From Myxococcales bacterium (GTDB lineage: Bacteria > Myxococcota_A > UBA9042): 45,538 nt of DNA. The first letter of the stretch is position 1. Each line of letters opens with the position of its first letter. Both the position numbers and the translations under genes were made by a program. The stretch is taken from positions 1-45,538 of the forward strand of contig JBBISH010000040.1 of assembly GCA_037441385.1 (NCBI GenBank), in the 5' to 3' direction. The notes beneath the pieces were generated by a model. The model searched no databases. It was not told the DNA's origin and saw only the letters and a program-made list of their open reading frames with translations. Positions 1 to 10,500 of this stretch are shown here, in pieces.

Positions 1-1142
1 TGCAAAATGGCCTGCCGTGCGACGACGGCGACGCCTGCACCGTGGCCGATAAGTGCTCGGCGGGCATCTGCAAGGGCAAAGCGATGGACTGTTCGGGCCT
101 AAGCGGCGCATGCACCCAGGGCCTGTGCAGCCAGGGCGCGTGCATCTCGGCGCCCAAGCCTGGCCCGTGCGAAGATGGCAACGCCTGCACCACCGCCGAC
201 ACCTGCGTCAGCGGCCAGTGCGTCGGCACCCCCAAAGACTGCAGCAACTTGGACTCGGCCTGCACCGCGGGCGTGTGCGAGTCGGGCGTCTGCATGTCCA
301 AGCCCAAGCCCAGCTCGTGCGACGACGGCAACCCGTGCACGGTCGGCGACACCTGTGCCTCGGGTGGCTGCAAGGGCACGCTTTTGGACTGCTCGGGCTT
401 GGACGGCCCCTGCGGCAAGGGCATGTGCCAAGGGGGCGCGTGCGTCGCCCAGCCAGCCAATAGCGGCGCCGTCTGCAACGACGGCAATCCCTGCACCTAC
501 AGCGACACCTGCGCCAACGGCAAATGCTCCGGCACCGCCAAGGACTGCAGCGCGCTCAACAACGCCTGCGGGCCGGGCGTCTGCAACGCCAGCACCGGCG
601 TCTGCGGCAACTCAGTCAGCAACCCGGTGTGCACGCCCGGCCAGGTCGACACCCAGAGCCAAGGCTGCGGCAACTGTGGCACCCAGACCCGCACCCGCAC
701 GTGCACCGCTAGCTGCGGATGGGGCGCGTGGTCGTCTTGGGGCACCTGCGGCGGCCAGGGCGTCTGCGCTGCGGGCGCGTCGGAAAGCCAGAGCCAGGGC
801 TGCGGCAACTGCGGTACGCAAAGCCGGACCCGAACCTGCAGTTCGTCGTGCCAATGGAACGCGTGGCCGTCTTGGGGCACCTGCGGCAGCCAGGGCGTGT
901 GCGCACCGGGCTCGCTGTCGACCAGTTGCGGCGACCCTTGCGCGGCCAAGGTCTGCAACAGCAGCTGCCAATGGGGCGCCTGCGGTCTGAAGCCCGGCGC
1001 GCAGTGCCTGTACAAGAACGGCGGCAACTTCCAGTGTTGCGGCACCAAGAAGTGGCAATTCTGCAATACCGATCCGCCGATCGCCGGTGCGCCGGCCTGC
1101 AGCTGGTTCCCCTGCCAGTCGACCACCCAGGCCTGCTACTAG
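1..1142 (+). CDS. Cys-rich repeat extracellular protein, 5'-truncated by window edge
   Basis: Frame is open from the window start (QNGLPCDDGDACTVAD...). Repeated C-D-D-G-N-x-C-T-x-x-D-x-C-x-x-G-x-C units, then 45-aa repeats containing WxxWxxW and RTRTC; stop TAG 1140-1142. Confidence 0.85.
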   Translation, partial: QNGLPCDDGDACTVADKCSAGICKGKAMDCSGLSGACTQGLCSQGACISAPKPGPCEDGNACTTADTCVSGQCVGTPKDCSNLDSACTAGVCESGVCMSKPKPSSCDDGNPCTVGDTCASGGCKGTLLDCSGLDGPCGKGMCQGGACVAQPANSGAVCNDGNPCTYSDTCANGKCSGTAKDCSALNNACGPGVCNASTGVCGNSVSNPVCTPGQVDTQSQGCGNCGTQTRTRTCTASCGWGAWSSWGTCGGQGVCAAGASESQSQGCGNCGTQSRTRTCSSSCQWNAWPSWGTCGSQGVCAPGSLSTSCGDPCAAKVCNSSCQWGACGLKPGAQCLYKNGGNFQCCGTKKWQFCNTDPPIAGAPACSWFPCQSTTQACY

Positions 1143-1153
1143 CGACGCACGCG

Positions 1154-1690
1154 ATGTCCACCCGCCTTGTCATTGCCGCGACCGCCGTTGGGGCCGCCAC
1201 TTTTGGCCTGGCCTTTGGCTTGCCGCGCTTGAGCCAGCGTCAGAGCCAAGACGAGGCGTTGCGCGCACTTACGCAGATGGTCAAGTCCGCGTCGATCTAC
1301 TACGTCAAGCCGCGGCCAACCAAAACCGGCGAGCGGGCGGCCTGTTCGTTCCCCAATGGCCAAATCCGCACGCACATGGCGCTCAGCTGTTGCGACCCAG
1401 CCGTGGCCGGCAGCGACGGCCGCTGTGATCCCAAGAAGATCGAGTGGAATCGCACGCTATGGTCGGCGCTGAAGTGGCGGATGGACGAGCCGCACTCGTT
1501 CATCTACGCCTACGAAGGCATCGGAACCTTGGGGGACGCCCGCTTCACCGCCACGGCCTACGGCGACCTGGACTGCGACGGCGTGTACTCCACCTTCCGC
1601 TTCACCGGCCGCGGTGGTGCCCAAAGCAAGGCCGACGACTGCATCCTCACGGAATCGGCCACGTTTGAGGCGATCGCGCCGGGCGAGTAG
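1154..1690 (+). CDS. Type IV pilin-like protein lacking a canonical prepilin cleavage motif
   Basis: ATG 1154, 11 nt after the upstream stop. N-terminal hydrophobic helix, EA..L..M...A..YY, W.AL.W....P..F.Y.Y and FTATAYGDLDCDG..STF resemble myxobacterial pilin globular domains. Confidence 0.65.
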   Translation: MSTRLVIAATAVGAATFGLAFGLPRLSQRQSQDEALRALTQMVKSASIYYVKPRPTKTGERAACSFPNGQIRTHMALSCCDPAVAGSDGRCDPKKIEWNRTLWSALKWRMDEPHSFIYAYEGIGTLGDARFTATAYGDLDCDGVYSTFRFTGRGGAQSKADDCILTESATFEAIAPGE

Positions 1691-1713
1691 TCTGGGCCGC
1701 GGTCCGTGGGCTA

Positions 1714-3813
1714 TCAGCGGAACTGCTGAATCCAGACGCTCTCGCTCAGTTTGTCCCCTGACCACGCGACCACGTAGCTGTCCGTCTCTGCCGAGTAGGC
1801 GAGCGAGGCGTGCAGCGGCGCCTTGCTGAGCGACTGCGGCAGCGCCACGGCCGGGCCCAGGCTTGCACCACCATCGCTGGGGGAGGTTATTGCGATTTTA
1901 CGCACATAGAGTTGTGGCTCGTTGGCGGCCGCCGCGCGGCGTTCCACGATGGCCACTTGCCCGGCCTTGCCGGCGACCGCCACAGCAGCCAAGACATCCG
2001 AGTCCACTTCCAGGTCCGCGCCCGTGACGAAGGCCCCGTTCATACCGATGCGGCGCCAGCGCAAAGTGCCCGCCGCGTCAAAGAATACCGCTCCGAACGA
2101 GGTGGGCGAGGCCAGCGCCACCATGGCGCCGCGCGGAGTCGTGCCGGTGACTTCGCCCAGCTTCTGGGCGGTGCCGTTGGCCGACAGCGTGTCGGAGTAC
2201 AGCCGATACTGGGCGCCGCCCGCGGGATCCTGCCAGATCACCCCCACGTCTGCGTCGAACGCGGCGACATGCGGCAAGCTGGCAGGGGCCTGGGCCAGCG
2301 TAGCAGTCTTAGAAATCGTCGCAAAGTCCAGGCCATCCAAGATAGCCGCCTGCACTGAACCGTCGGGCGGGTTCCACACCACCAACCACCGCGTCGACGG
2401 CAGGGCGGCGATGCTGGGCCGGCACTGGCCCCAACAGGCCGCGTCGCTGACCGGCAGTACCGACCCTTGCGGCTTCAGGTCGGGGCCGAGCAGGCTGGCG
2501 TAGAGGCCGTAGGGCGACGAGCCCTTGCTGGCCTTGCCCTCCCATACGATCCCGCGCATGTCGCCGGTTTGGGCGGCAGCCGACCAACCCATGAATTCGC
2601 CCGTGGGTTTTTCGACATAGCCGCCTTGGCCATCGTCGACCAGCACCTTGGCGTGCACGAGTGGCAGCAACGGGTCGCCGGGGGTGGTTACGCCGGTGGC
2701 AAAGTCAAAGACCGCGGTGGCATACGATCCCTTCAGCACGTCCTCGACGCGGCGCCAGGTGATCAGAGCCAAGCCGCCGCCCACCGCGCTGACGGATACG
2801 CGGCTGACGTGGATGCCCGTTTGGGTCGGGTCGATGGTGGTCGAGCTGGCCAACTGCTCGGCGTCGCCCAAGAGGTCTACGCCAAAGCCGCCGTCGCGGG
2901 GCACCTGGAACGACAACGCGACCGGGTTCAGGTTGGCCGCTGTGCCCAGGACCGTGCCGCGGAACCAGCCCTTGTCGACTTGGTCGATGAACACGCGGCC
3001 TTTGGGCACGCTGAGTTTCTGGCTGCCCAAGTCCGAGACGGTCGCCGTGAGCAGCAAGTTGCCGCCCACGGGCGAGGTCTTGTCCAGCTCGAACGCATCG
3101 CCCGCCTTGGCCGCCGCTGGGAATCGCAGGGTCAGGATCATGCCCCCAGGGCCGGTCTGTTTGCCGTCCAGCCGGATGGTGTCGTCGGTGTCCTTGCTGC
3201 GGCTGCCTTTGCAGAAGCCCGTGGCGCTCGGGACCGCCAGGGCCAATCCCGCCTTGCTGGGCATGGCCACGGTCACGCTGGCCGGCTCGCTGGCCACGCC
3301 GTCGACCACGACCTGCACTTGGCTGCTGCCAGGCCGGACGCCGACCAGCCAGTACTTGCCCGCGGTCGCCTCTTTCCACACGTTGACGGCGGGTTGCGGG
3401 GTGTCGCCGCTGCCGAGTTGCGTGCCCAGTTCGTAGTCCACGCCGTCCAAGCGCACGCTGACTTTTTCGCCGGTCGCAGGGGCACCGTTGCCGCCGCTGG
3501 CGCGCTGGACCGTGACGGCCACGGCCGCGCGCATGGCCACGTCGACCGTGGGGGTGACGGCGGCTGCGACGCTCGTGATGTTGGCCGACGCGTCGGCTGC
3601 CGTGTCGGGTTGCACATCGACTGCGTCGTCTGCGTCGCCAGCAAGCGTGTCCTTAGAGGTGTCCTTGCCTACATCGGGAACGCTGACTTGCGCATCGCCG
3701 AGCTGCAGCGCTACGCCCGCGTCGCTGGCCGGGTGGGCGGTGCTGCCGCACGCGGCGCCAAAGAGCAGCGCTACCCACAAAGCCCCTTTTTCAATGATCC
3801 CCACCTGCCGCAT
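1714..3813 (-). CDS. Large hypothetical lipoprotein, beta-rich
   Basis: Start re-assigned to MRQVG (3813). Lipobox-like LFGAAC, Asp/Ala-rich linker, C-terminal repeats ending in V-x-W (propeller-like). Confidence 0.7.
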   Translation of the reverse strand: MRQVGIIEKGALWVALLFGAACGSTAHPASDAGVALQLGDAQVSVPDVGKDTSKDTLAGDADDAVDVQPDTAADASANITSVAAAVTPTVDVAMRAAVAVTVQRASGGNGAPATGEKVSVRLDGVDYELGTQLGSGDTPQPAVNVWKEATAGKYWLVGVRPGSSQVQVVVDGVASEPASVTVAMPSKAGLALAVPSATGFCKGSRSKDTDDTIRLDGKQTGPGGMILTLRFPAAAKAGDAFELDKTSPVGGNLLLTATVSDLGSQKLSVPKGRVFIDQVDKGWFRGTVLGTAANLNPVALSFQVPRDGGFGVDLLGDAEQLASSTTIDPTQTGIHVSRVSVSAVGGGLALITWRRVEDVLKGSYATAVFDFATGVTTPGDPLLPLVHAKVLVDDGQGGYVEKPTGEFMGWSAAAQTGDMRGIVWEGKASKGSSPYGLYASLLGPDLKPQGSVLPVSDAACWGQCRPSIAALPSTRWLVVWNPPDGSVQAAILDGLDFATISKTATLAQAPASLPHVAAFDADVGVIWQDPAGGAQYRLYSDTLSANGTAQKLGEVTGTTPRGAMVALASPTSFGAVFFDAAGTLRWRRIGMNGAFVTGADLEVDSDVLAAVAVAGKAGQVAIVERRAAAANEPQLYVRKIAITSPSDGGASLGPAVALPQSLSKAPLHASLAYSAETDSYVVAWSGDKLSESVWIQQFR

Positions 3814-3979
3814 CGCTGCTCCCTGCCGCCGAACCTCGGGAATCCGGGTTCGTCTAGGCGTCGATCCATCCTGCAAGCATAGCGATCGCGGCGCCGCCCG
3901 CAACGTGGGGTGTTGCAGAAATGCCTGACCGGTGCGAAAAGGACGGCGCGTGCCGCACGGTCGGCCGCGGAATGCCCCC

Positions 3980-5347
3980 GTGCCGACTTTGGATCCGCTA
4001 GCTCTGCCGCAGATCGTCACCGCGGTGCCCGGTCCGCAATCCCAGCAGTGGCTGCAGCGCTTGGCCCTGTGCGAATCGCCCAACGTCACCGCCATGGGGC
4101 CCGACTTCCCGATCGTTTGGCAGCGCGCTCGCGGGCCCGTGGTGCAAGACGTAGACGGCAACCTGCTGCTGGACCTGGGGTCGTCGTTTGGCGTGGCGCT
4201 GGTTGGGCACAATCATCCCAGCGTGGTCGCCGCGGTCCATGCTCAGGCGGACCAACTGCTGCACGGCATGGGCGACGTCCATCCCCCGGCGGTGCGTATC
4301 GCGCTGCTCGAGCGGCTGCAGCACCTCGCGCCCGGCGACTTGGGCCGCGCCGTCCTGTGCGGCGGTGGCTCCGAGGCGGTGGAAGTCGCCCAAAAGACAG
4401 CCTTGCTCGCCACCGGCAAGCCCGGGATCATCGCTTTTGCCGGCAGCTACCACGGCTTGGGCCACGGCGCGTTGAGCGCGACCAGCCGGCGCGATTTTCG
4501 CGAGCCGTTTTCGGCCCATCTGTCGCACCACGTGGCGTGGGTGCCATTTCCGCAAGCGCTGCATCCGCCGCCCGGGGTCGCGCCCGACCGTGTCGCAGAG
4601 CACGTCCTGGGCCGTGTCGCCGACCTCATCGACCACCCCGCACAGGGCGGAATGCCGATTGGCGCGGTGCTTTTTGAGCCGATCCAGGGCCGCGGCGGTT
4701 CGGTGTTGCCGCCGGAGGGCTTTCTGGGCGAGCTCGCGCGCGTGTGCCGCTCGCGCGGGGTCTTGCTGATTGCCGACGAGATCTTCACTGGCTTGGGCCG
4801 CACGGGCCAGTGGTGGGCTGGTGGCGAGGCCGTGCCGGATTTGCTCTGTGTAGGCAAGGCGTTGGGCGGCGGTATGCCGATCGCGGCGTGCCTGGGTCGG
4901 CCCGAGGTGATGGCGGCCTGGGGACCGTCGCGCGGCGAAGCGCTGCATACGTCGACGTTCTTGGGCCATCCGGTGGCGGCGGCGGCCGCGCTGGCGACTT
5001 TGCAAGTCCTTGAAGACGAAGACATACCGCGCCAGGCGTCCGAGCAGGGCGCGCTGTGGCTGGCCGAGCTCACCGCGGCTCTGCAGGGGCTGCCGGGCGT
5101 GCTCCAAGTCCGCGGTGCAGGGCTGATGCTGGGCATCGAACTGGCCGACCAGCCTGGTCAATCGGCCGGTGCGCGGGTGTGGCAGTGGGTGCTGAACGCG
5201 CTTCGCCACGGACTGATCGTCTTGCCGGCCGGCGCCCGCGGCGAAGTGTTGCAGCTGACGCCTCCGGCCTGTGTGTCTCCCGAGCAGCGTCGCTTTGCGG
5301 TGGCGGGTCTGCGCGCGGCCCTGGTCGCCAGCCAAGGCCTGCCATGA
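3980..5347 (+). CDS. Class III PLP aminotransferase (GabT/ArgD-like)
   Basis: Motifs GHNHP, GSEAVE, SYHG, EPIQGRGG, DEIFTGLGRTG, GKALGGG, HTSTFLGHP. Start uncertain (3932 or GTG 3980). Confidence 0.92.
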   Translation: MPTLDPLALPQIVTAVPGPQSQQWLQRLALCESPNVTAMGPDFPIVWQRARGPVVQDVDGNLLLDLGSSFGVALVGHNHPSVVAAVHAQADQLLHGMGDVHPPAVRIALLERLQHLAPGDLGRAVLCGGGSEAVEVAQKTALLATGKPGIIAFAGSYHGLGHGALSATSRRDFREPFSAHLSHHVAWVPFPQALHPPPGVAPDRVAEHVLGRVADLIDHPAQGGMPIGAVLFEPIQGRGGSVLPPEGFLGELARVCRSRGVLLIADEIFTGLGRTGQWWAGGEAVPDLLCVGKALGGGMPIAACLGRPEVMAAWGPSRGEALHTSTFLGHPVAAAAALATLQVLEDEDIPRQASEQGALWLAELTAALQGLPGVLQVRGAGLMLGIELADQPGQSAGARVWQWVLNALRHGLIVLPAGARGEVLQLTPPACVSPEQRRFAVAGLRAALVASQGLP

Positions 5348-6519
5348 GCACCGCGACCGCCTCTACCGCTGCCCCTTGGGCGCGCGAGCGTCAAGAGCTC
5401 CGCGCCGAAGTCCTGGCGTTGATGGCGCGCTGGCCAGAGGTGGCGCCCGAACCGAGCCACGTCGACGCGTTGCTGCTCCGGCTGTTTCGCTTGCAAGCGC
5501 AGGCCATTGCGCCTTATGCCAAGCTCGTTGCCAGTCGCGGTATCGACCCCAGCGGCGTGTCGACCCTGGACCAAGTCCCGTTGGTGCCCGTGGCGGCCTT
5601 CAAGTACGCGCCTTTTGCCCTGGAACTGCCGGGGGGACCTGCAACGCGTTTTGCCACGAGCGGAACCAGCGATGGCCAGCCCGGCCACGTCGATCTCCCC
5701 GACACCGCGGCCTACGACTGGGCGCTTCAACAAACCTTTGCCCATTTTGTGGTCCCCGATGCGGCGCTGGCACAGCGGCCGCACACCTTCCGCTGCCTGT
5801 CGCTGGTGCCCACGGCCGCGGCGCGGCCCAACAGTTCGCTAGGTTACATGGTGCGGCGCCTGGCGCAACGCTGGGACGACGGGGGCGGCGGCGAGTTCTT
5901 GGGTACGCCCAACGGTGGCGACGACGGCCTGGACATCGCGGGTTTTGTGGCGGCCTGCCGGCAAGCCCAGCGCGACGGCGTTCCAGTACTCCTCTTTGCG
6001 ACGACCTTGGCCCTAGACATCCTGCTCCAGCGCTGGCCGGCCGGGCAGCGGATTCGCCTGCCCGCAGGGTCGCGGCTGATGGACACTGGCGGGCCCAAGG
6101 GGCGCCGGCTGCACGTCTCGCGCGCAGAACAACACCGGCAACTGGTCGACGCCGTGGGCCTACAGCCCGCGATGCTGGTGGGCGAATTGGGGATGACCGA
6201 GCTCGCCTCGCAGCGCTACGAAGGCCAGGTGCGGCGGCACCTTGGTCTGCAAGTTGTGAATTCAGATGGCTATCTGTCGCCGCCGTGGCTGCGCACCGCG
6301 ATCCTCGAGCCCCGCAGCGGACGGCGCCAAGATCCCGGGCAAGTGGGCCTGGTGGCTCATCTGGATCTGGCCAACTTGGATACGGCGGCCTTTGTGCTGA
6401 CGGCCGACCTGGGTCACTGCGACGCCGCGGGCGGACTGCACCTGGCCGGTCGCCTGCCGGGCAGTGAGTGGCGCGGCTGCGGCCTGGATGCCGAAGAACT
6501 TACAGGAATCGTAGGCTAA
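5344..6519 (+). CDS. LuxE-family acyl-protein synthetase (adenylate-forming)
   Basis: ATGA overlap with the aminotransferase stop. Motifs P...FK, F.TSGTS, SSL.YM, MDTGG.KGR, GMTELASQ.Y, DLAN......TADLG, GR..GSE.RGC. Confidence 0.85.
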   Translation: MSTATASTAAPWARERQELRAEVLALMARWPEVAPEPSHVDALLLRLFRLQAQAIAPYAKLVASRGIDPSGVSTLDQVPLVPVAAFKYAPFALELPGGPATRFATSGTSDGQPGHVDLPDTAAYDWALQQTFAHFVVPDAALAQRPHTFRCLSLVPTAAARPNSSLGYMVRRLAQRWDDGGGGEFLGTPNGGDDGLDIAGFVAACRQAQRDGVPVLLFATTLALDILLQRWPAGQRIRLPAGSRLMDTGGPKGRRLHVSRAEQHRQLVDAVGLQPAMLVGELGMTELASQRYEGQVRRHLGLQVVNSDGYLSPPWLRTAILEPRSGRRQDPGQVGLVAHLDLANLDTAAFVLTADLGHCDAAGGLHLAGRLPGSEWRGCGLDAEELTGIVG

Positions 6520-7478
6520 ATTCGGCTGCGAATCCGCGACAGCTTCTGGGTGCGCTCTACGCCGCGGCCGAATTCGTCGCGCAAATTGGCGCGGTGCTCG
6601 GCGGCGAACGCCTCGATGTACGACTCGTACTCGCCTTTGCCGCCAAATACATATTGCTCGGTCAAGGCGCCGTCGTCGCGCTCGACCAGCGCGGCCGAGC
6701 GCACGCCCGCAACCTGGCGCACGGCCGGTAGCATTTGCTCGATGAGCCAGTTCGCCAGCTTGTCGCGCTGGTCCGCGTCCGGATGGCGGTTGTCCACCTC
6801 GAACAGCAGCGGCCCTTGCTTGGCCTGCACCAGCAACGCCACCAACTCGTCCAGGCTGCCCACCACCAAGTCGACATTGGCGCGATCGTCGCCGCCCGGA
6901 CGCCGGACCATGCACGTTTTTAGGCCCTTACCGCGCGCCGGCACCAGGTCGCTGCGCGGCGATGCCGACACGTGCAGCCAGTTGTCGCGGGTCACCGCCG
7001 CCCGCATCACGCCCATGCGCACGATCGCGTCCCAGGCGCGCTCCGTGGGCTTGTACGCGCGAATTTCCTGGCTGGTAATCGACACATCGGGCACTACCCG
7101 CAGCGCCGTCACCACGTCGACCTGGTGCTGCGCGTCGCAATTGCCGACCAAGCCCACTTTGACGATCTCGCGCAAGTTGTGCAGAGCGCGCGCGCTGTCG
7201 GCAAACGGCGCGGTCCGCCCCAAGTCCTCGGCAAACACGCCCACGATGGCCGGCCGCAGCGCTGGTTTCAGTTTGGCAATCGCGGCCTTGAGGATTTCGC
7301 TATAGCGCACCCACGACTCGCGGTCAGTCTGCTCGCGGACCAGATCCTCGAACTCGGTGACTTCTTGTTTGTTGCGGATCTCGACCTTGTCCAGCGCCGA
7401 CTGCATGTCCAGCAGCGTGCCGAACACGTCGAACGTGACCAACTGGATATCGGCCAACCAAGCGGGAGCGTTGCTCAT
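6516..7478 (-). CDS. HAD-superfamily hydrolase (haloacid dehalogenase type II-like) fused to a DUF4286-like C-terminal domain
   Basis: Start MSNAP (7478). Motif I FDVFGTLLD, AYKP, WLHV....D..PA..GL; extra ~95-aa C-terminal domain (W.....P.V....G...A...QY......Y....A...R....FG). Confidence 0.8.
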   Translation of the reverse strand: MSNAPAWLADIQLVTFDVFGTLLDMQSALDKVEIRNKQEVTEFEDLVREQTDRESWVRYSEILKAAIAKLKPALRPAIVGVFAEDLGRTAPFADSARALHNLREIVKVGLVGNCDAQHQVDVVTALRVVPDVSITSQEIRAYKPTERAWDAIVRMGVMRAAVTRDNWLHVSASPRSDLVPARGKGLKTCMVRRPGGDDRANVDLVVGSLDELVALLVQAKQGPLLFEVDNRHPDADQRDKLANWLIEQMLPAVRQVAGVRSAALVERDDGALTEQYVFGGKGEYESYIEAFAAEHRANLRDEFGRGVERTQKLSRIRSRI

Positions 7479-7543
7479 GGAGTCCAAGCCGGGCCGCAAC
7501 GGTGCGGGCAGGCGCCCATCATGCCGCAAGCGCCCGCGCGGGT

Positions 7544-10500
7544 CTACGGCGTGCCGTTGTTCACCGTGATGCCGTAGTCGTCGCAGCCGGCCGTGGTGCG
7601 GTAGACGCGCACGTAGAACACGGCGGTGTTGTCCGAGCAAACGTTCATGCCCGGGGCGCCGGGGGTGGCCGTGCACTTGCACTCGCCGCCCTTCTCGGGG
7701 CTGGGCGAGGGGACCACCGCGCCGCCGGGTACGTTGTTGCTGATGCCGGGGCCGCTGGGCTGGTTGCCGTAGTAGTTGGTGGACCAGTTGTGCTGGACCA
7801 CGCCCGAGCACAGGATGGCGGTGCAGCTGCCGCGGTAGACGTCAAAGGCGAACACGTTTCCGGGGTTGGTGGTCAAGGCGATGCGCTCGTTGAAGGCGTC
7901 GCAGGCGCCGTTGGCGTCGGGCGTGTCGATGGCGGTGAACTTGAACCAGTCGCCCGATTCGCCGGGCATCAGGTTGCCGCCCGCGGTGACTTGTGCGCCA
8001 GTGTCGGGGACCTTGCCCAGGTCGATGGCGTTGCCGCACGAGTTATTCTTCGAGAAGTTGTTGTCGGCCTTGCACTCGCAGCCGTCGTTGTAGGCGCCGT
8101 TGACGTTGAAGAAGGTCCCGGTGCAGGACAGCGAGCACACGCCCTTGCTGCACACCGGCGTGGCGTTGTTGGCGGCCGGACACAGCTGCGTGACGGGCGC
8201 GTTGTCGGTCTGGCCGTCGCAGTCGTTGTCCTTGTTGTCGCAGACCTCGGCCGCCAGCTTGTTGATGGTCGGGTCGCCATCGTTGCAGTCGCCGTCGATG
8301 GTGGCCGTGTACTTGCCGGTGGGCGCGCAGAGCACCACGCCGATGCCGGCGCCCACGTTGTCCTTGTCCAGGTCCTGGTAGTAGGTGGTGGCGCCCACGG
8401 CGTCCGAGTCGGTGATGCCGTTGCAGTTGTCGTCTTGGCCGTTGCAGATCTCGGCCGCACCGGGATTGATGGCTGGATTCGCGTCGTTGCAGTCGTTGTT
8501 CTTGGTCGTGTCGTACGCGCCCACGCCGGCGCACAAGCACTTGGCGTTGGCGGTCACACCGTACATGTCGCCGTCCGCGTCGGCGTAGTAGGCCTTGCAG
8601 CCCTCGGCGCCTTCGTTGTCGGGGATTGTGTCACAGTTGGTGTCCTTGCCGTCGCAGTACTCCTTGGCGCTGGGGTAGGTGGTCTCGTCGCCGTCGTTGC
8701 AGTCGCCGCCCTGAATGGCCGTGTACGGGAAGTTCGGCTTGCACATGCAGACCGGCGGCGCCTTGGCCGCGCCCCAACCGTCCGAGTCCAAGTCGATGAA
8801 GTAGCTCAAGCACGAGTCGGCGTTGTTTTCGTCGGTTTGGCCGTTGCAGTTGTCGTCCACGCCCGGCGTCAGGCAGCTCTCAGTGGCTTGCGGCGAGACC
8901 AGCTTGTTGGTGTCGTCGCAGTCGCCGATCTTGACGGCGGTGTAGCTGCCAGCAGGCGCGCACAGGCACTTGACGGAGGACTTGACGCCCCACTGGTCGC
9001 CGTCCGCGTCCAAGTAGAACTGGCTGCAGCCGGCCGCGCCCTCTTCGTCGGTCTGGCCGTCGCAGTTGTCGTCCACGCCGTTGCACTTTTCCACGGCGCC
9101 CGGGTGGATGTCCTTGTTGGTGTCGTCGCAGTCGTCGCCCGCCGCGGCGGTGTACGGCGCACTCTTTTGGCACATGCAGGCGGTTTGGTTGGGGTTGCCA
9201 GCACCGTCCATGTCGATGTCGGCATACAGGATCGTGCAGCCATTGGCGCCCACTTCGTCGGCGACAAAGTTGCAGTTGTCGTCGATGCCGTTGCACGTCT
9301 CTACGGCGTTGGGGTGAACCTCGGGCTTGGTGTCTTCGCAGTCGCCGCTGACGGTGGCCGTGTACTTGCCCACCGGCGCGCACAGGCACTTGAAGTCGGC
9401 GCTGTCGCCGTATTTGTCGCCGTCCACGTCGGCAAAGAAGGTGGTGCACCCCGTGGCGTTTTGCTCGTCGGTTTGGCCGTTGCAGTTTTCGTCCACGGGC
9501 TGTGCGGTGGGGTCGCTGCTGGTGCAGACTTCGGGAACGCTGGGGTTGTACGCCGGCTTGGTGTCGTCGCAATCGCCGCCCTTGGTGTTGGTGTAGTCGC
9601 CAAACGGGTTGCACAGGCACTTGCCGGTTCCGCCGCCAAACCCGTCCAAGTCGCCATCGATGTAGTACTGCTTGCAGCCCGTTGCGCCTTCGTCGGCGTC
9701 GGTGTTGCCGTCGCAGTTGTCGTCCTTGCCGTTGCCGCAGATCTCTTTGGCGGCGGGCGAGACGGTTGGGTCCGCGTCGGCGCAGTCGCCGGCTTGCGCA
9801 GCCGAGTACGAATTGGCGGGTGCGCACAGGCACTTGGGCGTGCCCGTGCCCCACGAGTCCTTGTCGCTGTCGAAGTAGAACTTGGTGCAGCCTTGGGCGT
9901 TCTCTTCGCTGTCGGTCAAGCCATTGCAGTCATCGTCGATCGAGTTGCCGCAGATCTCGGTGGCGCCGGGGTGGACGTCGGGCAGGGTATCTTCGCAGTC
10001 GCCGCCGCCCTTGGGGCAGATCTTGGGCTTGCCCACGACTTCCATCTTGGCGTGGCAGTAGCCGTCTTTGTCGTCGTCGCAGTCCTCGTCCGTCAGGCCA
10101 TCGCAGTCGTTGTCCAGGTCGTCGCACTTCTCGGTCGCGAACGGCCCGATCGCTGGGTTGGTGTCGTCGCAGTCGGTCGAGGTGGCCGAGACATACGGTG
10201 CCACCTTGGCGCACAGGCACTGCGAGCTGCCGCCGGTGGCCTCGCTGCCGCCATAGCCGTCGTCGTCGCCGTCGATCCAGTAGATTTTGCAACCACTTGC
10301 ACCGGCCTCGTCGGTCTTGCCGTCGCAGTTGTCGTCCTTGCCGTTGCAGGATTCGGCCGCCGCGGCGGGCGCGTTGCAGGCGCTCAGGCCCGCGGTGGAG
10401 CAGGTACGGGTGCCCGTGCAAGTGCCAAAAGAGTTGCTATTGACGCAAGTACCCGACATGCCGGTTTCGCTGGCCTTCTTAGAGCATTCGCAGGTGGCGT

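Noticed and set aside
3828..3860. Small hairpin ending CCGGGTTCGTCTAG, similar to the end of repeat copy C
   Set aside because: The match is too short to call a fourth copy by eye.
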